Part shown: positions 35,961 to 46,600 of the stretch, in pieces
How positions within the stretch are numbered: the first letter of the stretch is position 1
Layout: every line of letters begins with the position of its first letter
NCBI GenBank assembly: GCA_937625935.1
Contig: OW569350.1
Coordinates: forward strand, 496,001 to 560,000
Reading direction: 5' to 3'
Source: Tetramitus jugosus
Lineage: Eukaryota; Protista; Heterolobosea
DNA: 64,000 bases
Notes under the pieces: generated by a model
The model's database searches: none
Seen by the model: only the letters and a program-made list of their open reading frames with translations
What the model was told of the DNA's origin: nothing
Translations under genes and position numbers: made by a program

Positions 35961-37004
35961 TTAAGGAGTACAAGGAGAGGTAATCATTACAGTGCTCTTT
36001 TCATCATCCAATCTTGCTGTAGGTGTCAAGGTCTCTCTCGTGCTGTGATAATTCGTGTAGAAACTCTGGGAATCATCACTCATGTTGGAGATGGCTCGAT
36101 TGTGTGGAAAATGGGGTTGATGATATGTTCCAGCTTCACTACAGGTACCTCCAGTGGTCACATCATGTTCCTCTTGTTGCAGCCCTTGTGGTACCGTTGT
36201 AATCACTTGTACTTGATCCTGGTCAACGATTGTTCCTAGCCGATCCTGTTCAATGACATATCGAAGTTTTCCCATAATCTTGGACATTCGTCGCTGTGGA
36301 GCTGACCCTGCACCCCACACAGACTTTGCATTCAACAAAGGATGACTTCGAATATAGATGGCAAGAGTGCTCATCATGGGAGAATGGTTCTGTGATGATA
36401 CGGCAGCGTTCATCTCGGCCAACGAAGTTGTCGTCGAAGTGTCATCACGCGTCGAATTGGTAAAGTTGGAGGATAGTTGTATACAGGGAGTGTAGTTCTG
36501 ATCACAGAAGCTACCACCCACTACGACAACATCAAAGAACTGCACAGTAATGAACTCGTCCAACTGAAGCCACTTACTCTTGTGTTGGTAGCAGTACTTT
36601 GCCTCTGAACGACTCGCGTCCACTGTTCTTGTTCTCCGCTTCTTTTGTTTCTTCTTGTTGCAGTGAGAGAGCACCACTTGTTGGAACACTTGTTTCAACT
36701 GTCGGGCAGTCATACCTGCAATGAGTGGAGCTTGGCTAATGTGAGCACTGGACTGTGAAGTTAATTGTCGAAAACTGGGGTGAAACTCAAAGGGTGGTAG
36801 GGTTTGTCGCACTGAACTGTGCGTGGTACCACGGTTGGCCGTGCTCAAATCCGTTCGGAATTCTAAGGAGGTTCCTCCCACTCCGCAGTTGGCTCCTTGT
36901 GGTGGCAACAGAACAAAACTGCACCTGGGAAACGAAGTTACATGGATCGTTTTTTCAAATGAGACATTCTGGACGTAGTTTAGGCCTGTGGAAGCTGAAT
37001 TCAT
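35961..37004 (-). CDS. Uncharacterised 347-aa protein with a basic NLS-like patch
   Basis: Long ATG-initiated ORF filling the Twinkle-HslU gap; contains KKKQKKRRTR. No recognised domain. Confidence 0.6.
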   Translation of the reverse strand: MNSASTGLNYVQNVSFEKTIHVTSFPRCSFVLLPPQGANCGVGGTSLEFRTDLSTANRGTTHSSVRQTLPPFEFHPSFRQLTSQSSAHISQAPLIAGMTARQLKQVFQQVVLSHCNKKKQKKRRTRTVDASRSEAKYCYQHKSKWLQLDEFITVQFFDVVVVGGSFCDQNYTPCIQLSSNFTNSTRDDTSTTTSLAEMNAAVSSQNHSPMMSTLAIYIRSHPLLNAKSVWGAGSAPQRRMSKIMGKLRYVIEQDRLGTIVDQDQVQVITTVPQGLQQEEHDVTTGGTCSEAGTYHQPHFPHNRAISNMSDDSQSFYTNYHSTRETLTPTARLDDEKSTVMITSPCTP

Positions 37005-37175
37005 TTTCAGAATTAGTATTGGTGTTGTACAACTGGTTGGATTTGTTGTTGTTGCTCAGAGAAAGATATGGATCGAAAACTTGTTTTTCGTCAAATATTC
37101 CTTGAGAATCTTTTGTAAACAGGTACAGAAAAGGAAATGTGATCCTCGCCTGAATATTGTTTTATTTGATCCGAC

Positions 37176-38684
37176 TCAGAGAACAAACTTTTGCATGTCA
37201 GTCTTCTTCATTAGTGGTCGGATCGCTTTCGTTACAGTTTCTTTGGTTACCGTAAAGTTGACGGGATCTTTGCCCTTATTCGTCATGTCTGGTGCATCGA
37301 ATGAAACTTGCTCCAGAATCTTCTCGACAACAGTGTGCAATCTACGGGCACCAATATTCTCCAATGTACTATTGATTTCAGCAGCAACGCGAGCAATCTC
37401 TCTGATGGCCTCCTCTTCGAATGTCAAATTCACATTCTCAGTCGATAGGAGAGCAATATTTTGCATCAGGAGATTGTACTGTGGCTCTGTTAACACTCTG
37501 TGGAGATCCTCTTCGGACAATCCACTGAGCTCGACACGAATTGGCAATCTACCTTGAAATTCTGCCAACAAATCACTAGGTTTACAAGAATGGAACGCTC
37601 CCGACGCAATAAACAAGATGTGATCCGTGTTCACATTGCCGTGCTTGGTCGATATGGTTGTTCCTTCAATCAAGGGCAATAAATCTCTCTGTACACCTTC
37701 TGACGATGCGTCACGACCAGTGGTCTTTGCTCCCGAAGAAGAACAAATCTTGTCCACTTCATCAATCACAACAATGCCATCCTGTTCTACAGATTTGATT
37801 GCCTCCATAACAATCGACTCCATGTTCAACATTTTTGATGCTTCATAGTTTTGAAGCACAGGCAGTGCATCCTTGACCTTCATCTTCTTTTTCTTTAGTC
37901 GCTTCTCTCCACCGACCATGGAAAACAATTGTTGCAAATTGACCATTTGCTCTGATCCACCACCCATGGCCATCATCTTCTCTGCTTCTGGAACCATGAC
38001 ATCAATCAGCTTGTCATCCAATGAACCCTCCTTTAGCAATTCTCTGTACTGAGAACGAGTCACTTCTGATGAGTCCTTGCCACACAAGATGTCAATTACA
38101 CTGTTCTCTGCCATGACAGCAGCCTTTTGCTTGTTTTTCTTGGTGTACTTGTGCTTGAGCTGAGAGATGGCCACCTCTAGCAAATCACGAATAATCGAAT
38201 CGACATCTCTGCCGTGGTAACCCACTTCTGTAAACTTTGTCGCCTCCACTTTCAAAAATGGCGCGTCGGACAATTTAGCTAAACGTCGGGCTATTTCAGT
38301 TTTGCCGCATCCCGTTGGTCCGACCATCAAAATGTTCTTTGGAATAATGTCTTGTCGTAATGCGGGATCGACTCGATGTCTGCGCCACCGATTTCTCATG
38401 GCAATGGCAACTGCTCTTTTGGCATCTTTTTGACCAACAATGAAACGATCCAGTTCTTCAACAATTTTAGGTGGGGTAAGTGTGGCATCGAGAGCATTTG
38501 TTTGATCTTCCTCTTGGTGTGGTTGTTCTTCAGTGATTTGTTGCTGTTGCTGTTGTTGTTGTTGACGGTTCAAATGAATGGTGTGAAAAGAGCGAAAGGA
38601 GGATATGCTGTGGTGGTGAGAGCTTCTCTTTTGATAGAGAGATGCAAGATGAGTGGCACTACTCTTCAACCTATGACAGATCAT
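37176..38684 (-). CDS. hslU: Mitochondrial HslU/ClpY AAA+ ATPase subunit of the HslVU protease
   Basis: LTPPKIVEELDRFIVGQKDAKRAVAIA, NILMVGPTGCGKTEIARRLA, EATKFTEVGYHGRDV, IDEVDKI, GVQRDLLPLIEG, ENIGARRL, and C-terminal DMQKFVL. Presequence-like N-terminus from ATG 38684. Confidence 0.96.
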   Translation of the reverse strand: MICHRLKSSATHLASLYQKRSSHHHSISSFRSFHTIHLNRQQQQQQQQQITEEQPHQEEDQTNALDATLTPPKIVEELDRFIVGQKDAKRAVAIAMRNRWRRHRVDPALRQDIIPKNILMVGPTGCGKTEIARRLAKLSDAPFLKVEATKFTEVGYHGRDVDSIIRDLLEVAISQLKHKYTKKNKQKAAVMAENSVIDILCGKDSSEVTRSQYRELLKEGSLDDKLIDVMVPEAEKMMAMGGGSEQMVNLQQLFSMVGGEKRLKKKKMKVKDALPVLQNYEASKMLNMESIVMEAIKSVEQDGIVVIDEVDKICSSSGAKTTGRDASSEGVQRDLLPLIEGTTISTKHGNVNTDHILFIASGAFHSCKPSDLLAEFQGRLPIRVELSGLSEEDLHRVLTEPQYNLLMQNIALLSTENVNLTFEEEAIREIARVAAEINSTLENIGARRLHTVVEKILEQVSFDAPDMTNKGKDPVNFTVTKETVTKAIRPLMKKTDMQKFVL

Positions 38685-38867
38685 TTTTTTGTTGTTGATT
38701 TTGCCGCGGAATCTTTTTTTAATATTATTTTCCACCGTGCAAATTTCTCCCTCTTTTTTTGGTGTCGGATCATTGTTAAATGAAGCTGCACTGCAGGTGA
38801 GTTGAAATCTGCTCTCCGATAATGTTTGAGGTTACCACAACAAATCATTCATCCATTCATTGTTGCT

Positions 38868-40943
38868 ATGTTACTCCATCTGATACCATCTGATTTACAC
38901 TCGACCATACTCAGTTTTCTCAATCGAAACGATCTATTATTGAAAGCTTCACTCGTTTGCCGTCGTTGGTACCACTTGACTCAAACTTATGAGTTGTACA
39001 GTGAGCAGCACTTGCACAATGATGGATGGAAACCAGGAGATTGGCTCTATCAATTGGATTCGGAGGTTTTTCAATCCATTGCCCATAAGCTTAAATGTGA
39101 AAAACTAATGCCGGATCATGTGATCTTGTCAAATGCTGCACATGAAGCAGCGACCAGAAAGAAAGCTTCAATGCTTGTTCATTTTCCATTGAATGAAGTA
39201 CAGCATGTTCCATTGATTGTTCGTGCGCAGTTTGAGCTCCCACAGAACATTAATCTGAGTCAGCCAAAATTGGATGTTTTGTTGGTTGTTAGCTTTTTGG
39301 TTTCAACCAATAGCAATACTGGTGGTGACAGTGTTACCAATGATATTGATCAAAAGTCATTGATCACATCTGAGGAATTAAATCAGAATCATGTTGAAGA
39401 GATTAGAAGTGCTGAGTGTAGAACTTTTGTGCTTTCTTTGAATGAATCAGTGGTATCTGTTGTGGATGGAGAAGTTCACTTTCATAGAATCCTGGAACAA
39501 GCGAATGTGTCACGAGATGAGAGCTTTTTATTCGCATTTCTCTTGTATGATTTATATGTAAATATGTTTCACGAACGATTTGATTATAATGTGAAGTTAC
39601 TGAGTGAAGCCGACGTACAGTTGAGCAATGCTTTGAGAATCCACCAAAATTTAGTGAATCCCATGAGATTATTGTGCAAAGTCGTCGAAACTAAACAGTC
39701 ATATCATTTATATCAACGAATTCTTGTGACAGTGCATCACTTGTTGAAGCACGATCAAGATTGGGTTGATGATCTATTGGATTTATCTATCAAGAACAAT
39801 TTTCCTGAGGTGTTCAGCATGTTGTCTGTTGATCAGTCAGAGGACGATATTGAAATGTGCTTGCGAGAGGCAATCAGTTGTAATTCAGAGTTGATTGTGC
39901 TCAGCTTGTTAAGAGATAAGCAAATCTCCATCGCGCACCTGTTTGATACTATTACTAGCGTCGATTACTTCAATGTCTCTACATTCTTCAATATTTTCCA
40001 GACCGTGAAGAGTTTGGTCCGAAAAGATTATTACATTAATTTATGCAGTGTTTTGACTCGCAGGTTTTACCATTTTGAGAACTTTGCACACTTATTGGCT
40101 TGGCTTGATCCGATCAAGTATTTTGATTTCCTATGTTTCTGTATGAAAGTTGGTGTGCCATTCGATTCAAAATTGCAGAACATTCTCTCGCTTCACAATC
40201 CCTTCTTTTGCAGCAATGCAATCACAGAGTTCATAAGAAGTGGTGGAAGTGACGAGAGCTCCCACATACTCACAGATTCAAAACTCTATCCTGATGTATG
40301 TAGAGAGACCGTGTCGTTATGCCTCTCCTCAGAAGATGAAGATGGATACAAAGCATGGATGAATGTCCGCGAGCCGAGAGGTCTCACTGACGTCCAAGCT
40401 AGTGGAGAGGTCAAGAAAATTCGAATTGATATCGAATGTGAAGTTCTCCTCGACCATACTCGAATGTTAACATCGAAGCACATGTCAAAATGGGTGTCCA
40501 AGGTGGTTCAGCATGATATCATGCTCATCTCGTACAACTTAAACAATTGCGAACTCGTGTCTCAAATGCTGAAGAATATGCGATCTCATCTCCATCAAAT
40601 TCTAGAGAAAGGAACAGAAGTTCTTATTGTGTTGTTGCAAACCACCAGTGATAAGGATTGGAAACAAATGAACTCTGAATATATAAACGCATTGCACATA
40701 CAGAAAGAAGCATCATCTCAACATATTCGAGTGTGTGTAATGCATAGCACAGCACGAATTGAAGAAAAGGTGCTTTCCATTGCCAAATGTCTCGCCACAA
40801 CAAGGAATCGTGCCAGACAGAGGCAGTTACAGTCCGTGCCGACTGCGGCAACCAATGCCGCAGACACAAAGTCTAACAAGACCAGAAAGGGAAAAAACAA
40901 TACATCTGGTTCCAAACCCTCCAGAAGACAAAGAAAAACGTAG
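38868..40943 (+). CDS. F-box protein with a possible degenerate small-GTPase-like C-terminal domain
   Basis: N-terminal F-box LHLIPSDLHSTILSFLNRNDLLLKASLVCRRWYHL from ATG 38868. Confidence 0.8.
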   Translation: MLLHLIPSDLHSTILSFLNRNDLLLKASLVCRRWYHLTQTYELYSEQHLHNDGWKPGDWLYQLDSEVFQSIAHKLKCEKLMPDHVILSNAAHEAATRKKASMLVHFPLNEVQHVPLIVRAQFELPQNINLSQPKLDVLLVVSFLVSTNSNTGGDSVTNDIDQKSLITSEELNQNHVEEIRSAECRTFVLSLNESVVSVVDGEVHFHRILEQANVSRDESFLFAFLLYDLYVNMFHERFDYNVKLLSEADVQLSNALRIHQNLVNPMRLLCKVVETKQSYHLYQRILVTVHHLLKHDQDWVDDLLDLSIKNNFPEVFSMLSVDQSEDDIEMCLREAISCNSELIVLSLLRDKQISIAHLFDTITSVDYFNVSTFFNIFQTVKSLVRKDYYINLCSVLTRRFYHFENFAHLLAWLDPIKYFDFLCFCMKVGVPFDSKLQNILSLHNPFFCSNAITEFIRSGGSDESSHILTDSKLYPDVCRETVSLCLSSEDEDGYKAWMNVREPRGLTDVQASGEVKKIRIDIECEVLLDHTRMLTSKHMSKWVSKVVQHDIMLISYNLNNCELVSQMLKNMRSHLHQILEKGTEVLIVLLQTTSDKDWKQMNSEYINALHIQKEASSQHIRVCVMHSTARIEEKVLSIAKCLATTRNRARQRQLQSVPTAATNAADTKSNKTRKGKNNTSGSKPSRRQRKT

Positions 40944-41125
40944 TTCACCTCAACTGCAGTTCCACATCAAGATCCACAAGCACCAACTCCACTTTCAGAC
41001 GTCGTGACAATTTTTTCGGGCGTCATTGTCGAACTTGAACAGCGAACACAAAAAAGTTGTTCTTCAACAAAACCAAACAACAAAGAAAAAACACACGAAA
41101 GCTTTCACTTGTTTTCTTCATCTTG

Positions 41126-43057
41126 ATGACCGATTCTATTGCAAAACATTTGTTGACATGGCAAAATGAAATTCGTCCCGACTTGTTCGACAGTGAAGAC
41201 GGTTGGGTCAAATCTGTTTCCTTCAATCGTGAACAATTCGTTGTAACGATGCGCGTTGACTATGATTTCTCCTTTACTTATCCTATGATTTCCATTCTCG
41301 TTCCGGAGAATTATCCCAATGGTTCATTTAGCGTGGTTTTCTCTGATGGCAGTGACGATGTGAAGGAGTATGGTAAGGGAGGTATTTTACAATTATTAGA
41401 GTGCTTGTTTGTTGATTTGGAGGAGAGAAGAAATCGTGCCATTGATGATGCAGTTGATGGTGATGATGATGATGATGAGATGCCACCGACAACGACACCA
41501 GTGACAGCCATGTCGGCAGATATGGGCGAAGACATTTTTGAAGTCGTGTTGGACGAGGACGAGTACGATGATGATGATGGTGGTGATGGTTCGGCGAGAT
41601 CATTGAGATCTGCTGCCTCTTATTCCAATATTGAACGAGATATACAGCAGTTGGTGGCCATGGAGGGTGTTACAGCCATGCACAGAGGCAGTGGTATCGA
41701 TGAGATTCGAGTTTACTTGTTCTTTGATCCAAGAGTCAAGTTGGAAATTTCAGAGATGGTGGCTTCTGCGTGGGGCATTGATCTAGACAAGTACATTTGT
41801 GTTGCATTGACATTCAGTCAACATTATTTGAATGCGGATGTCATTCCACAGATTGATGCATTCCAGAGTGGATTGAACCCATCAGAGAAAACCAAGACTC
41901 AATACCATGTGCTACTGGATCAAAAGACACAGTTTGGTCTCTATTGGACCGTGCAGGAGAAGCTGCGGAATCACTTTTTCAAAAAGCATTGGCCTTTTTC
42001 AAAGTATCAACAGGAAGTGCAGCAAAAAACAGGAAAGAGTTTCATGTTGGCTGTCATTGAAGAGACCATCCAGATTATCAAGTCCAGCCCTCAATACTGT
42101 ATTATTTGTGAACAAACATTGCCATTCGAGGGCTTAAAGCCAACTGTTTGTGACAGTCCACTGTGCGTGTTCAGTCATGAAGAATATGGATTGGGTGTCG
42201 ATTTGGAGAGTGCCATCAAAAAGTATCCAGAAATTGTCGATATGGCCATTACGATGACCTATGCCGCTTCCAATGCATTCTCGTCTCGCTTCAATCCATT
42301 CAATCCGTTCCCCGTTAGTATCGAAGTCAAGTTGAAGGGACCCAACGGCACAGTCATCACACACAACTTTTTGACTCCTACAGGTGAGAGAGACAACCAA
42401 AAAGTGAGAGCAGTAATGGACAAGATACCCAGTGTTGAAGTGCTGTCTCAGTGGATTGACATTGGCAAACTAAAGGACAATTGTGACAATGTTGATCCAT
42501 TGTTGTACTCGTTGTTGCGTTGGATATTAGCATCGAATCGATCTCACTTGAAGAAACTGGCCAAGCACGAACAAATTACAGAAATGATAACGGAGCATCA
42601 ATACTGTTTAATGAGTTCCCCACCAGCCAGAGAAAAAACCTTCCAGGAATTGAAGAAACAGTACGGTTCCGTGTATGCCTTCCATGGCAGTGCACTTGGC
42701 AACTGGCATTCAATCATGAGACAGGGATTGAAGAATATGAGTGGAACAGATGGTCAAGTGAATGGTGCAGCCTATGGATCAGGTGTCTATCTGGCACCTG
42801 AATCTGGCACATCGTTCAGTTACATGCACTATCTGCCCGCATGGAAGAACAGTGCTCTGTTCCGTGCGGCCAATATCGGATGTATGGCAGTGTGTGAAAT
42901 TATTAAGCATCCATCACTCAAGGGTCAACCCAATCCATACTATGTCATCCCAGATGAGAACTTGATCGCCACACGTTACTTCCTTGTGTTTACCACTCAA
43001 ACAAGTGCTGCAGTGAACGGAGCGACTCTCACGCCACCAAAGCTCGATTGGGCCTAA
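41126..43057 (+). CDS. PARP6/PARP8-like mono-ADP-ribosyltransferase
   Basis: Cys motif CIIC...LKPTVCDSPLCVF; catalytic AFHGSALGNWHSIMRQGLKNMSGT...NGAAYGSGVYLA; lacks the poly-ADP-ribosylating Glu (PYYVIP...TRYFLVF); RWD/UBC-like VPENYP near the N-terminus. Confidence 0.88.
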   Translation: MTDSIAKHLLTWQNEIRPDLFDSEDGWVKSVSFNREQFVVTMRVDYDFSFTYPMISILVPENYPNGSFSVVFSDGSDDVKEYGKGGILQLLECLFVDLEERRNRAIDDAVDGDDDDDEMPPTTTPVTAMSADMGEDIFEVVLDEDEYDDDDGGDGSARSLRSAASYSNIERDIQQLVAMEGVTAMHRGSGIDEIRVYLFFDPRVKLEISEMVASAWGIDLDKYICVALTFSQHYLNADVIPQIDAFQSGLNPSEKTKTQYHVLLDQKTQFGLYWTVQEKLRNHFFKKHWPFSKYQQEVQQKTGKSFMLAVIEETIQIIKSSPQYCIICEQTLPFEGLKPTVCDSPLCVFSHEEYGLGVDLESAIKKYPEIVDMAITMTYAASNAFSSRFNPFNPFPVSIEVKLKGPNGTVITHNFLTPTGERDNQKVRAVMDKIPSVEVLSQWIDIGKLKDNCDNVDPLLYSLLRWILASNRSHLKKLAKHEQITEMITEHQYCLMSSPPAREKTFQELKKQYGSVYAFHGSALGNWHSIMRQGLKNMSGTDGQVNGAAYGSGVYLAPESGTSFSYMHYLPAWKNSALFRAANIGCMAVCEIIKHPSLKGQPNPYYVIPDENLIATRYFLVFTTQTSAAVNGATLTPPKLDWA

Positions 43058-43123
43058 TAAATTGTTATTTGAAAATAAGAAGAAAATGCAATATGTGATT
43101 TTGTTTTTTTACTCTTTATTTAC

Positions 43124-43321
43124 TTATTTACAGTACATCCTATATTCGTCCCAGTTGATCTTCCGTCGTTGGTTGAAGGATGATTGTTTTCGAACTGACG
43201 ATATCGAACTGTTGTTCTCTTGTGATTGTGATTTTTGTTGTTGAGAATGGTACTTCTCTTCCATGACATTCAGACTTAGGCCAACTGCACAGGCAGCAGC
43301 AAATTCATACAGCTTGATCAT
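43124..43321 (-). CDS. Putative 65-aa small protein
   Basis: ATG in an AAAATG context, TATAAATA at 43510-43517 (minus), and AATAAA right after the stop. No homology recognised. Confidence 0.4.
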   Translation of the reverse strand: MIKLYEFAAACAVGLSLNVMEEKYHSQQQKSQSQENNSSISSVRKQSSFNQRRKINWDEYRMYCK

Positions 43322-43641
43322 TTTGTACGTAATTTAGTTTATCTTTGTTCAGAAATATGGTAAGATTCTGGTTTCTTTATGTGGAGGGTTCTTTGCTCTT
43401 TTCTTTGTGTGTATTGTTTGTGAAATATAATCTGTGATGTGAAATGCTTTTAAATCTATCTCAGACCTGGTTACTCCACAATGCAGAAGCTGCACAGCCG
43501 AAGAACTAGTATTTATAGTTTGATCATGCATCTCCGCGCGGGATCGCAGATAAGAATAGCTCCTGAACGATTCAACTAGGAAACTGATGTGGAAATTTTG
43601 TGGTGCAGGAGATTCAAGTGAAGGATAACAAATTTATTGTT

Positions 43642-46600
43642 TCAATCCATGCGGAAGTCCTCATGAAGGTTCAACTTCTTTGTTCGATGTTTTTTGTTTC
43701 GAACTCTCCTTCCTGATTGGTTGTTGTATGACTGCTTGCCTAGTTTGTTCTGACTCATCAGTAGCTTGACAGTTGCCTTATCAGAGGAGGTGTGATACAT
43801 TTTGCCCAAACAGAACTGTTGTAAATTCTTCTTTGCTACTTCAAGAGGTGTGTATCCCTTGCGATTCTTCTTGTGCAGATCTGCCTTCATTTTAAGGAGC
43901 CACTTCACTTCTCTCTTTGAACCTTTTTGACAAGCAATGTGCAGTGGGGTGTCTCCGTTGTCGTTGATGGGCCTGTTCACATCCATCAGCTTCTTCTGCA
44001 CAATATAATTGACCAATTGTTTATCTCTGCGAATCATGAATATTCTAAGACCAGTGTTTGAGAAACGCTTATCAGGAATGTGAAGTTTCATTCCTAAATC
44101 AACATATTGCTGCAAGTCCTCTTCTAGTACAACCTTCGACGAACAAAACAAGTGCATGCATGTTCGTCCATTGGCATCCTTTTGATTTAAGTCACCACCC
44201 AACTCTATCAACATCTGGGCCTTTTCAAATGATGAATTGTTCCAAAAAGCAATGTGAAGTGCAGTTACACCAAGAGGACCTGGTGAATAGTTAATCAGTC
44301 CCTTGATGAATTGATCAATATCATTCTTCATATGCAATTGAGACATTGTTTCTCTGATGAAAGCAAATATTGCGTCAACCGAATCTTCCTGGCCATAATA
44401 GACTGCTGTCATCAGAGGCGTGAAGTTTGCCTTTGTGGTTTCAGACAAGTACATGATCTTTTTGAGTTGTTCAAACTTATCAGAACCACTTGTTGCCTGA
44501 CGCATGACTTGAAATAAGTTCGTATTCCGCCTAGCACATTCGTGCATTATTGTTGTTCCATGTTTGTAGTGTTGGGTAATGATAGAGTGCAAGTTTTCAG
44601 AATCTTTCTCATAGCTCAACAATGACAAGGAGCTCAGGGAAGCAGTGAAGTGTCTGCGTGGATTTCTAGATCTTGAGTTGTAAATATGTGCAACATATGC
44701 TCTTGAGTTTGAGTGCAATGCAACATGGATAGGGGTATATCCGTGATGGTCAAAATGACTCAGACTGGCACCAGAACTCAGTAAGGATGACAAGCCATAA
44801 CTACGTGCTGCATAGTGAGCAGGAGTCTGGTTCATTTTGTCAACAACATCCAACCTTGCTCCTGCTCCTAAAAGGAGATTGGCTATGTGATTTGAGGGTT
44901 TGAGATAGGCAATGTGAATTGGGTATAATCCAGCTCTGGTTGGTGTGTTCACATCAATCAAATCTTTTTGGCCGAGAATGTACTCAACAATCGCGTCTCT
45001 TTTACACCAGATAGCAACATGCAACGGATTCCATCCCTTATATGTTTGATTATTGTGCAATCGCGCCCCATATTTTTCTACTAACAATTTGAATGTGTTC
45101 AAATCACCCCAATCAGCAATCTTATGCAAAAGTGACACTCCTCCCTTCATTTTCAAATTTACGTCCTGACCCTTCTCAAGCATTGAGTGCAACAATTTTT
45201 CATAACTAGGTGCCATAGCATGGTAATACTTACAAAGTCCTCGAGTGAAGACATATGACACGGGCATCATGTCATTAAAATTTAACACGTTCAATGGGGC
45301 TCCATGGTCCATGAGTAGTTTAGCAGTTTCAAAACAGCCATTTTTGGCTGCAATATGCAATGGAGTGTCATTATTTCTGTCTTGCCTGTGCATTAGTTGT
45401 GGCTCTTTTGCAATGATCTTCTTCATTATTTCAACACTAGACAGACATCCACGCCTTGCAAGATAATGTAAGGCGTTGCACGAGGATCTTGGATCGATGC
45501 AATCTATATTGATTTTCTTGTGAGCGAGTAATAGGTTCAATATCGCAACGTTCAACTTGATGCATGCCAACAAAAAAGGCGGAGGGGATTTAGATGATTC
45601 ATGTTTGTTGACATCAACCCCTGCAGTTAATAGGTGCTCCACAATACGAACATCATTACTTCTAATTGCATAGTAAAGAGTACTCTTTTTGGCAACAGAG
45701 AGAACATTGATCTTCTCCTTCATGTGCTGGTGGTCCAGTAATTTGCAAAGAGATCCAACTTTACCTCGTCTGCAAGCCATATGGATAAGAGAGCTCGTTA
45801 ATTTTACCACATTGTTCGCAAGGAGGAAATCTATCATTTTCAACTTGTCATGCAAGACACAAAACTCAATCGGAGTCATGCTTTGTTGCACATAATTAAA
45901 TCTGTGATAATAGAGAAGGTATCGCTCCCTCCTTTTGATAGTATCCCTAAATATGTGTGGTGCTAGTTGGAGTAACTCAGTGGCTAGAGGAATATCTTCG
46001 TCTGATAAGCAATTGAGCAAAAGACTATTAAGGGCATCTGGATTGCCTGCAAGGTGAAAATTTTGAATCGATTTCGAGAGATTTTCCCGGTTCTTTTGCA
46101 AGAACAGCTTGAAATACGCAATAATTTTGGAATATCGGCTCCCAATTGCAATGTCGATCGGTCTGAACTTGTGTTGATCGCGTTGATTCAGGATGTCAGA
46201 ATCCAAGTTTCCGTACGCTTTGATGCTACCTAACCTACGTTTTAGAATTGCGTTTAACACAATTTGTACCATCCTGGCATTCTTGCTTCTAATGGCCTGG
46301 TGAAGTATATTCTGGTTCTGGACTGTGACAATGGAAAAATCAGTTCGACAATCATCCAACAATAGCTTGACAATTTCCTTGTGTTTTTCTGCGAGTGCAA
46401 CGTTTAACGCTGTCCAGTTGTTAACATCACAGGCATTTACATCCAATGCGGAATGGCTTAACAATAAACGGACAACATCCAACTGGTTGTGCTTTGCTGC
46501 AATATGCAGGGCTGTGGCGTGAGTTGTTGTTGTTCGATGAATGATTCCTGATGATTCGGCCAATAGAACTGATACAACCTTTGCATGTCCAAATTTGCAT

